Shown here piece by piece: positions 24,901 to 36,900 of a stretch of DNA of 64,000 nucleotides. The position numbers and the translations under genes were made by a program. Origin of the DNA: Octopus sinensis. Taxonomy: Eukaryota. Below the pieces are notes generated by a model. The model made no database searches. It was given only the letters and a program-made list of their open reading frames with translations, and was not told the origin of the DNA. Numbering within the stretch: the first letter of the stretch is position 1; each line of letters begins with the position of its first letter. Location: assembly GCF_006345805.1 (NCBI RefSeq), contig NC_042997.1, positions 182,342,001 to 182,406,000 of the forward strand. The letters are read 5' to 3'.

Positions 24901-27900
24901 TGTTCAGTGTTGTTGTTGGTGAGGTGGTTGATACCTTGCGGGTGTTTACCAAGTCCGTCGCCAGACGCCGGAGCTTCAGTGAATCCATGCCCAGGGAAAC
25001 AAGGCGCTCAGAATATGGTAGGTGTCTGATGGAGGGTATGCGTTTGGTTGCACGTCTCTGGACAGATTCCAGGAGGTCAATATTCTGAGCAAGATAGGGA
25101 TTCCAAACTGATGATGCGAATTCCAAGTGTGGTCGTACCATAGCTGTATACAGTTTTAAATAGATGGCTGGAGAGCGGCTAACAAAAGTCTTGCTGAGTG
25201 ATGCCAAGACACCCTCGCCTTCTTGACAATTTTAGAGATATGCTTTGTCCAACGCAAATCACTGCTGACAGTGATGCCTAGGTCACGCTCGCAAGAGGAT
25301 TTCTTGATATCAGTGTTGTGAAGGGAGTATGTGGACGCAGGGTTTTTTCTCCCAAAATGCATGGTGGTACACTTGTCCACAGCCAGTTTCAGTTGCCAGT
25401 CTGTGATCCATTGCTGCATTGTGTCTAGGTCTGATTGCAGGAAAGAGTTGTAGACATCAGGATCAGTCCTCTTGATTTCAAGGTACAGCTTGATGTCGTC
25501 TGCATATTTCAATACTGTGGCATTCTTTAAATTGGCATCTATGTCATTAATGTATGCCACAAACAGGAGGGGACCAGGACAGATCCCTGTGGTACACCCG
25601 ATGACATCTCATATGGTGTAGAGTGCTGTCCTAGAACTGTGACTACCTCCTTTCGGCTGAGGATGAAGGATTTCAACCAGTTAAAAAGGTCATCCCCCAC
25701 ACCCATTGCAGAGAGTTTCACCATAAGCCTTTTGTGTGGCACAGAGTTGAAAGCCTTAGCAAAGTCAAGGTAAACAACATCCACCCATGAGCCACTGTCA
25801 GTGATCTGAGTAATGTCCTCAAGGAACTCGACAAGCTGGTCACTGCAGCTGGAGTTAGGGACAAATCCATATTGTGAGGGTCGGATGAGAAGTGAGAGCT
25901 CCAGAAGTTCCAGAGTGTTTCTCTGACACACGATTCCATCAGTTTTGCAATACAGCTAGTGAGACTGACTGGGCGATAGTTGACAGGTGATGTGCGGTCA
26001 CCCTTTTTGAACAGAGGAATGACACTGGCAGTTTTCCACTGCTCCGGAGTAGCACCATTGTTGAGACAGTACTGGAAAAAATAGAAAGCTGGTGTAAAAG
26101 GAAGTGCCTGCCACGTTTGAGAAGCAGGTATGTAACTCCATCGAGACCAGGGGAGGCATAGTTGCGCTTATTTTGAAGGTGACGTCGCAGCATTTCAGGT
26201 GTAAATTCCATAGTTGTTATGGAGTTTGCTGTTAGTGATGGTGAAGATGGTACATTTTGACTTTCGACAGTGAATATGTTTGCATAGCACTTGGCAATGA
26301 GTTCTGCGCATTCCTTGGGGTCGTCAGTGATCTGGTTCGTGTGAGGGTTGCGAAGAGGGCCCACTGGAGAGTGAGGTCTCTGCTTTGAATGCACATATTT
26401 CCAGAAAACCTTGCTGTCAGGATGGCTGCTATGCACTGTTCAAATTCAAGCACTGCATTTTTTGTCACTTGCTTGAGATGGTTGGAGGATTTATTCCGCT
26501 TCTTTCTGTTGGTGTCTGATTTATGCAACTTGTATTCCTGTTCAGCAGTCCGACGTTCCTTCCTGGCAAGTCGGACCGCTGAAGTTTCCCAAATTGCCCT
26601 TTTGGGGCGGTTCTTCTTTTTTTGTTTACGTGGCACTGATGCTGCACATGCTGCCCATATTGAGTCCAGGATACTCTGGAGTATAGTATTCACATCTCCA
26701 GAGTTGTAGAATTCACGCCAGTTTGGGTGCTGTAGTTCAGTGTGGTACAGGTTCCAATCTGCTCTTTCCAATCGAAGGAAGCAGATTGGAGATGGTTCAG
26801 GTGTTTGTTGCCCGCAAGAGCCAGATTGGCGATGATCATAGCATGATCAGAGTCACCTAGAGGTTCCTCCGTAGTGCAATTGATAACCGCTTCAGGAGTT
26901 GTGGTGAAGAGCAGGTCCAAGGTGTTGTCGCCTCTTGTTGGAGAGGTTACTACTTGTGACCAGTTTGAGTCCAGCACAAGCTCAACAAAATCGTTTGCAC
27001 TCTGTGGCCAACGGAAGGTTTTCCCAATCGATCTCAGGATGATTGAAATCGCCTGCAATAACACATAAGTGGCTGTTTTCCTGGCTGCAGCTCGGAGGAT
27101 GTTGCAAAGCTGTGTGTCCTGATGGTAATTTGGGGGACGATAAACAACGCCAAGCAGGAGTGTTGACATGGTCATACGTACGTCACAGAAAAAAACTTCT
27201 TCTTGTGATTCGTTCAAATCGGCACAAGGAATTACCAAAAAATTGAACGAACGTAGACCATCACACCACCACCACGGCGGTTAGTACGGTCCTTACGGAA
27301 GAGGTTGTACCCCGTGATGTTGAAAACCCCATCACAGAGTAAGGAATGCGCCCATGTTTCCGTGACAGTGATGAGTCAGGGTCAACACTTCTGACGTAGG
27401 CGTTGAACAAATGTATTTTGTTGCATAAACTGCGAGCATTTAAGGACAACAATTTGTACCCTGCTCGCAGTTTATGATGGTGTGGGGAGGATGGCAGATT
27501 GTCCTGGCTTAGTTTCCCTGAGTTGCTGTAGTCTTTTTAGTTATTGTGGGTAGAGAGCACTCAGACCAGCTGGTATCTCTCTTCCACGTTTCATCAGTCT
27601 TGACAAATCTCCAGATTTGTCCATCTTCCCGAAGACTGAAGCTTTCCTGTAGAGCTGAGTTCCTATTCAGGGAAGCCGCTACACGTAGCTTCGGACGTAG
27701 ATCGGACGGTAAGCCTGGGCGTGTTCGGAAGGTGGTCCGATTTTCACGCCCAGCTTTAACTGAGGCCAGATGGTAAGAGGTTGCCTCAGTGTGGTCCGAA
27801 AAAGACAGCTTGATGAGCCTAGGTTTTGGGCCAGGTCGTCCAAGGCGGATAGCACCCGTTGGGGGAACGCAGCCTAGGTCTTTGGCTGAGTTGGCAGCAA

Positions 27901-30900
27901 ATGCCTGAAGATCAGCCATGTCTTCAGGCACCCCAATGGCAATGACTTCATGGGTAGCAGAATCCGCGGTCTTAGATGCGACAAGAGGTACAGGTACAGG
28001 GAGGTTCTTTAGCAGAGCATTCCGATAAGACCCCTCATTGTGGAGTCCAACCTGAATGGTTGCTTTTATTCCTGCTACTTCCCCTCTTAAAGCACAGATC
28101 GATTGTTGCAGTTCTGCAAGAACCGCACTGGTCAATTGGTGTTGTTGTTGTTGCTGCTGCTGCTCTGGTTGTGGTTGATTTTGTTGTTGCTGCTGCTGTT
28201 GTTGTTGTTGCTGCTGCTCTGGTTGTGGTTGATTTTGTTGTTGCTGCTGTTGATGTTGTTGCTGCTGCTGCTGCTGCTCTAGTTGTGGTTGATTTTGTTG
28301 TTGCTGCTGTTGCTGTTCCGCCTCCTCCACGGGAGTGGCAGGGGGAGACACAATCGTCGGTTGTGGAGGCACGCAGGCCTGACACTGAAAAGTCCAAGAT
28401 TTAAGCTGAACCATCTTCCAGAGTCTATCCATCATAGCATTATGATGGCTCTTTTTTTTTTGTTTTTTTTTTTTGGCCTGGGAACACTTCAACATATGAA
28501 CACTTCAACAAGTTCTTGTCATCCTTTTCATCATCATCATTTAACATCCATGCTAGCATGGAAAGCGGACGTTAAACGAGGATGATGATGATGATGATGT
28601 TCCATGCTGGCATGGGCTGGACAGGATCCAGTGGGTTCAAGGATTGCATCATGCTCCGGTGTCTGCTTTGGTTTGATTTCTACAGCTGGATGCTAACCAC
28701 TTGTGTACCAGGTGCTATTTCATGTACCACCAGTACCCATGAAGTTAGACTACCATGCAGTTCGCAAGACTACGAACTCCAAAAGTGGGGTTGACTTTAT
28801 GCTAGGAGAGGAAGGATTAAAGTATGAGAGAAAGGGACAAAACAGGTTCTTGTTGTGGAAGAACTACCTGGCTACAAACTTTTAGAAGAAGCATTTAATA
28901 GAAGCATTATTGTATGTCCCAGTCATTATAAATACTGCTTAAGGATTGAAAGGCATGGATATGGATGAAGGTATAGTTGTAGGTGCAGGCATGGTTGGGA
29001 AGCACGCTTCTCAACTGTGCTTCCCATCCATGGAGTTTTGGGTTCAGTCCCACTGTGTGATAACTTTGAGCAAATACCTTCTACTGTAGCTCCAAACCAT
29101 TCAAAGCCGTGTGAGTGGATTTAGTAGATGGAAACTGAAAGAAGTTCATCATGTATGTGTGTGTGCAAGCATGCATGTCTTTGTGTTTGGAAACCTTTTT
29201 TGCATTTTCTCCGTTTTTTAAATAATGATGCAATTAAAAGATAAATTTTGTTATAATTTCAGTTACGTGAAAAATCACATGAAATAGTTACTCTTGATGC
29301 TCAGCTAAGTGAAAGGATGAGAGATTTTAATGAACAGTTCAATAAGTACCAACAGTTTGAAGATGTGCTGAGATCATGTGAAGCTAAACTTGATCAAACA
29401 CAGGCAGAATGTTCTAACTACAGGCAAGAAATGGAAGATATTAAGAAAGAAAAAGAAAATGATTTGCAGTTATATCTGAAGCAATTTACAGAAAAAGACA
29501 AATTGATTGAGTCAGTAAGTTTGTTCTCTCTATTCAGGACTTCCACTTTTTTATGTCGTGTGATTACTTATGTATCTTGGTTTATCTAAAATACATGCAC
29601 AATATATGCTGAACCTGTTGGAAAATCAAAAGCTTACACAAGCAGATGTTTTGAGAAAACAAAGTTGGAATTTTGAAAGAAGTATTTATTAAAAGATAAT
29701 TTCAGGTGTCTGAGAGTAGAAAAAATTTTTTTAATTAAGAAGAGTTTAACGGAACAAACACTCTTGCTTTCTCTTCTATCCTGGGTTGGATGGCTTGACA
29801 AGAACTGGCAAGGCCAGGGGCTGCACCAGGTTCTGTAATTTGTTTTAGCCTTGTCCTTGTGGCTGGATGCCCTTCCTAATGCCAACGACTCCACAGAGTG
29901 TACTGGGAGCTTTTTTATGTAGCAGCACCACCAATGCTTTTTACACGGCACTAGTACCCATACCAATGCTTTTGACATGGCACCTTGGTTTTAGGATCCC
30001 AATTCTGTTGTGGTGTGCAGGTCTAGTAAATTGAAGTTGATCACTTGCATCTTGTTGATTAGAAATGAAGGATAACTGATTCATAATTTTGTCATTTATG
30101 GGAAATACACAAAAAAAAGTGGCATGTAAAGTTTGATTTGATTGGAATTATATCGATTTCTATTTGCTTTTGCTGGTACACTTCCTAAGTGAATATTCCT
30201 TCTTTCGTTAAGGCAGCAAGCTGGCAGAATTGTTACTGTGTTGGACAAAATGCTTAATAGCATTTCTTTCAACGTTACATTCTGAGTTCAAGTACTGCCA
30301 TGGTCACTTTGCCTTCATCCTCTTTTTTTGTCTTGGGTGTGTGGTGAGGTTATGATTAAATAAGTTCCAGTTGAGTACTCTCCCCTAAATTGCAGGCCTT
30401 GTGCCAAAATTTGAAATCAATATTTCTTTGTTGGTAGGAGTTGAAAATAAACTAGAAAAAGGGTTATTGGTGGGAAGTACAAAATATGTTAGATAAAATT
30501 TTGAAATTTTTGTTTTCAAGAATGTAATTTCAGATGTATGATAAATTTTTTTTTTCCAATCCCCTAAAATACTTGAGATTGGTCTTCACCTTCAACATCT
30601 GAAAAGCGATTTCATTTTTCCCTGCTGGTTCAGGTCTGGGAATTGATGGCCTTCGGCCTCAACACTTCAAGGATGGTATCTCCTTATTGGCCAGTGACGC
30701 CAGACTTGAGCTCTTGGAGAATTTGACTCAGCTTGTGAACCAGTTCTCTTTAGTGAACATCCTCCCCTATATCTGCCCACTATTCTTCAGTGCAAAATTA
30801 TTCGGGCTCACTAAACCCAGTGGAGACCTACACCCCATTGCAGTCGGCTGCACCCTTCACCATCTCACTGCAAAGGTGTGCTTACAATCGGTCTCTGGAT

Positions 30901-33900
30901 TATTGGAGGAGGAATTTTCCCCTACCCAGCTAGGAGTGGACACCAAGTTGGAATGTGAAGCTGCTGCCCATGCTACCAGAGCCTATGCCAACTTGCCCTC
31001 CTTGTCACCCTAGGTCATCCTCAAACTTGATCTTAAGAATGCCTTCAACTCCATCAGCCGCAATGCTGTCCTCAGCTCAGTAAGAGAGAAAGTCCCACAA
31101 CTCTACTGCTTTGCATGGCAGGCTTATGAGGAGCCCTCCTATCTCTCTTTCAGTGACCAAATCATCAACTCCGCCTCAGGAGTCCAACAGGGCGAACCAC
31201 TCGGGCTCACTCTGTTTGTACTGGGTATTGATGACATCACCAAGATGGGGGTCGAGCTAGACCTCAACATCTGGCATCTCAATGATGCTTGTTTGGGGGG
31301 ACCTCCAGACAGGGTTCTCACCATTGCAAACATGATGGTTGGGGGGGCTTAGTCACCAGGGTCTCCAAGTAAACAGCTCCAAATGTGAGCTCTGGATCCT
31401 CACCCACCCGGTTTCTGAACACCAACCAACTATTGACCTTTTTGCAGAGTTCTTCTCTTCCATTGCAGTCCCTCCTCCATCGGCTTGATGCTCTCTAGGT
31501 GCCCCAATTACTGACCTTGCCTTTGAGTCCATCTTCCAGTCGAAGGTGGCTGCCTTTGAACAATTGCTGAAAAATATTGAAGCTATCGAACCCCATCAAG
31601 GTTTTTTCCTACTTAGGAATTGCCTCTCGATCCCTAAGCTTCTATATTTGCTCAGATTCAGCTCATCTTACCGATTTCCATCATGCCTCCAATGCTTTGA
31701 CAACCTAATCTTTGAGAGACTCAAATGCTTGGTCAACGTTACTCTCTCCAGCGGCCTGCAATCAGGCTGCATTGCCCATGTGATTTGGAGGTCTTGGTCT
31801 CCATAAGTGTTTGTTCCTCTCTCTCCCCTGCTTCCTTTCCTCCACTCATGCAACATCCTCTTCTCTCCAACATGGACCAGTTCCAACAGAGAGTTGGATG
31901 AAGCTCTCCAACACTTGAGGGAGTTGGGCTTGTCTGCTCCTGACAAGGTGGAGGATGTCGGAGTCAGAGAGCTTGAGACAACATAATTTTGAAGGCCACC
32001 TTCGACTCGCTCTTCATCCATTCAGACCAATTTTCAAGGTATCGCTTACTGTCTGCTAGCGCCAAATACTCAGGTGACTGGATTGATGTCATCCCTGTGG
32101 CCTACTCAGCTTGGACGAACTTCGTGTCTCCGTTGCCCTCAGAGTGGAAGCTGACATATACACAGGTTTGATCTGTTGTGACAGGCTCCTGACTCCACAG
32201 GTCTCCAAGGCCTTTCTTGCTGCCTGAATGCTGGTTGCTTTGCACATCATTCAGAGTTGAACCTAATACTCAAGAGGAGCTTGGCCCGGGCAGACATCCC
32301 CACCATCTTGGAACCATCTGGATTGTCCAGATGTGCTAGGAAGAGACCTGATGGCCTCACCTTGTGACCCTGGTTGCAAGGCAGATGCCTAGTCTGGGAT
32401 GTCACAGTTAGCAACTCCTTTGCTTCTTCTCACATCGTAGATGCTGCGCACAGGGAGAGATCCACAGCTTCTGTGGCCGAGTGGAACAAGATCCTGAGAT
32501 ACTACGATCTGTCAGCCAACTACATTTCCCATCCTGTTGCGTTTGAGATGTTTGGTGGGGTCAGACCACTAACTGCGAGATTCCTGTCTTCACTGGCAAT
32601 TCGTTTTGCAGAGGTAACTGGTAAGACCTGAGGTCGCTCGGCTGTTCCAGCACACCAGCCTTGCCATCACCCATGGCAACACTGCAAGCATGCCTCAATA
32701 GCTATTAGAGAGGTTTCCCAATGACCCCAACTTTTCAACCCAAGGTGGTGAATTGTTTTGTTTTTTTTTACCTTTTTTTCTGTTTAATTTTTTCAATTGT
32801 GTTTTCTCTTTTGCCTAATTTTCTAATTTAATTTTGTAAAACGGTAAACACTGATGAATATTGATTTCGATTTTTGGCAAAAGGTAAGCAATTTCGATCT
32901 CAGTGCTCAACTGATACATATTTTATGGATATATGACAAAGATAAATATTGAAAAAAATGCCTAAAAGACATGATGAAGAAGGGAGGTGAAGTGTAGTAA
33001 GAAATTTGAAACATAGACTTCTGAAAGATTTTTTAAAATGTCAATAACAAGTATTTCAGAATGTACAGTATTATAAAATGATGAAAAATACCGATTAGAA
33101 AAATATATTTTAGTGATGACAACAATTCGAAAAGCACAATGAAGTAGATGGCTAAGAAGTTAAAAAAAAAAAAAAAATTTAATGTGAATTACGTGAGTTT
33201 TGAAATGTGGGATACGATAAAATGAGAAAAAATACCGAAAAAAACCCCCGGAAATTCTATTTTATATGTGACAGCAAGACCAAAAATCTGGTCATCGTTA
33301 ATTTGGCGATCTTTCGTCTCTAGTAGACCTTTCCGTCGATTTCCGTAAAAAAATTTTTTTTTTTTACATATGGGCTTGCGGGAACTTTTGAAGTAATATA
33401 CATACATATACACATACACCGAGTAAAAAATTTCAGTTATCTCTTTCTTTCACTCATTACTCTGTCTCTTCACACACACTAACAGAAGCACTTCACTTAC
33501 ACAACATACTGTCTGTCTCCCACACCCCATCAAACACACACACACACACATGTACATCAATGCTTGCCATGCACGGTAACTTCAAAAGAACTTCCCTCGT
33601 CATACAATCGCTTTCTCTTAGTCTCTTTCGCTCTCATTACTTCAAAAGTTCCCGCAAGCCCATATGTAAAAAAAAAAATTTTTTTTTACGGAAATCGACG
33701 GAAAGGTCTACTAGAGACGAAAGATTGCCTGTTGATTTATTTACTGGAAATTAATGGAAGTAATGACCTTTCGGTGCTGCTTTAACATGCGGTCTACCGC
33801 ACTATTCTTTCTATGCTGTAAAATTACTTTTAGCGTGTGGTCTACCTTTTCTTACCCTCTTAACCTAAGTTAATTTTAACCATTACAACGCTGTTAAAGG

Positions 33901-36900
33901 ATTTCTATTGACGTATAATTTTACAGAGGAAACAGAAGTCGCATTTTTATATACTCAGGCTATTGAGAGATCATGGTTGGATTCCAAAACAACTATTTAA
34001 AAAAAATAATAAGAGGCGTTAGTAGTTAGGTTTTCAAGTCACACTTTAATCACTTTTGTTGGAAAGTTTTGTGAAAAGATGCAGCAGATTTGTTTGTGGC
34101 ATTCCTAAACGATGTACGAAGTGTGTACCGTTAATTAAGATTTAAGTGTAAATTATTAATAAATCATTATTCAATTTGTTTTTATCATCCAGAAGTATAA
34201 AGTTCTTATAGTGGAGGCAGATCGCACGCTAAAGTGTAAAAGGGTAAGAAAAGGTAGACCGTACGCTAAAATAGGATACTGCAGTAGACCGCACACTAAG
34301 GTAACACCGATTCTTCGGAGCAAAAAAAAAGTTGTCATGGAAGGGAGATAACTAATGAAAGCTTTATTTTTTAAAGGGTGGTAAATATGAAAGTTAAATG
34401 GCAGTTTAAGACGGAAGGGAGTTAAATATATTTATATCTTCCTAAGTACACGTATACTCAATTTACGTCGTTTCGAGTACATTTTTTCGACTTCGTTTTT
34501 TTTTTTTTTCAAAGTTATTTTTGGCGTTTTTTTTTCTATGAATTAACAGGAAAATAAACCTCAACTTCAGTTTATTTATCCAACTCAGTGTCGGATTCAA
34601 CATAAAAGCATAAAAATTACAAAAATACCTAAAAGTGAAGTAGAAAATTAAATAAAATGTATTTAGAAATATGCACAAACCACACGTCGTTTATCGAGTT
34701 AAGTCATATGCCTCGAAACCAGTTGCCTACGTAATTTGAGGTATGCTTCTACACTGATGAAGCAACCTTATATGTTGCTGAATATGAAATATTTTTGTAA
34801 ATATCAAGTATTTCACAAAAGTTTTTAACATATCAATGAGGTTAGCTGTGCAAAAATAAACTGTAAATTTTGGGACGTACACCCGCACGCATTTGACTAA
34901 GAAAAAAAACCCTCGGATTTTTTGTGTGGAATCAAGTACCCTGACCTCTTAATGTGCTGGAAACTCCTTATTTTTGTTCAGAAAAAAAGTGTAGGGGGAA
35001 GAACTGTTTGACTGAGGGCTGTGCCACGTTCCAATCTGTTGTGGCAAGATTTCTACAGCTGGATGTCCTTCTTAATGCCAACCACCCCGAGAGTGTAGTG
35101 CGTGCTTTTTACATGCCACCAGCCTGGGAGCCAGTCAGGCAGCACTGACATTGATCATACTCAAATAGTGCTTTTTACGTACCACCAGCACTAGCATATA
35201 TAATATGTGGCCGGTGGCAAGTAAAAAGCACCATTCGAGTGTGATCAATGCCGGTGCAACCTGACTGGCCCCCATACCGGTAGCATGTAAAAAGCACCCA
35301 CTACACTCTCAGGGTGGTTGGCATTAGGAAGGGCATCCAGCTGTAGAAACCTTGCCAGAACAGATTGGAACCTGGCACAGCCTCCTGGCTTGCCAGTCAT
35401 CAGTCAGACTATCCAACCCATACCAGCATGGAAAGTGGACGTTAAACGATGATGATGATGTTATATATATGTTGCTATAACGTTGAAAGTTTAAGTATAA
35501 CATGAAAGATAATCTGTGTGAGAGGGAGGGTCACTTACACATACATGCAAAAAATACAGGACAACACACACCTTTACTCACTCACTCACTCATTCTCTCC
35601 CCCCCAACACACACACAAAACTGAAACACATTACTTACCTGATTAGAGTTTTGGCACCAAAAATTGCAAAGGGAAAGTGGATTTCTTTTTCAAATCTATT
35701 CTGCAATCTGGGATTAATATATCCAGTGATTTTAATAGGTATGAGAAAGATATTTTTGTAATATACTTTTACTTGTTTCATACACACACAAACACTAACA
35801 TTTTTTTAGGTGAATTTTGAATCATTCTTTATCTCTCCTGCCCAGACTTCATTACCACTAATTTCTATAACTTGAGCATTTTCACTTATTCTTTTCAGAC
35901 TTGTTTGAATTTTCAATCTAATGTAATCCACACTCTTGAAAACATATTTCTGTAAAATATTATCTAAAAATATAGGTAAAGAAAGAAACAGTAAAAAATT
36001 TTTCCTTGTGAAAAGGGTGTGTGTGTGTGTGTGTGCGAAGGGTTCGCGCCCCCTCTTTTCCAGACAAAAAAGGTGTTTTGTGGCACATTAGAAGGTTACC
36101 ATAATTCATTAAAAAGAAGATTCCAATGATTCCAAGTTTTTTTTTTGGGGGGGGGGCGGTTCCAAACAAAAATAAGGAGTTTGCAGCACATTAGGAGGTC
36201 AGGGTACTTGATTCCATGAAAAAAGTCCGATTTTTTACTTAGTGAAACATGTGCGGGTGTACTTTCCAAAATTAACCAAATAAACTTCTATTATCAACAA
36301 AAGGAAATTATTAATTTTGAATTTGAAAATATATTTACAATTGTGTTTCAAGTAAATTTTTTTTAAATATTTACAGACATGCCCCTTATATTCTGATTTC
36401 AGATCCCACTCTAGTCAATGTTGCCTCTAGATTTTTGTTACTTTTTTTTTACTACTTCTACTATTCTCATTTTCTGCATAACACATTCCATACATTTCAT
36501 TAATATTTGGAAGTGTTATTAATAGCAACACTATGTAGATAAATGACCACTGTTTGAAACTAAATGCCATAAAATGAACATGCTAGTCTCTCCTTAATAA
36601 ACATTTAGACATTAAAAACACCTATTTTTTCATTGCTGTTTTACATTCAATTTTTATATGTTAGTAGACAGTGTTGTTACTTGAGTGTTTATGTCCTTTG
36701 GTATCCTTAAACAATGAAACATTCAATTGTGTAAAGAATTTACCAATCCAAACAATGAAGAGTTATGTACCTAACCTAGGAAATGAATGATACAATGGCT
36801 ACTGTAAATTTTGCATACCAATCAGTTTCTCAGACATTCATATACTATATCTTACAGTATATCTCTTACCAATTTAAGAGGAACATGATCAATAAAAATA

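Noticed and set aside
27976-28404. Ala/Val-rich and Thr/Ala-rich ORFs (27976-28404 +, 28035-28397 -)
   Set aside because: Alternative frames of the CAG/CAA repeat within LINE ORF1.
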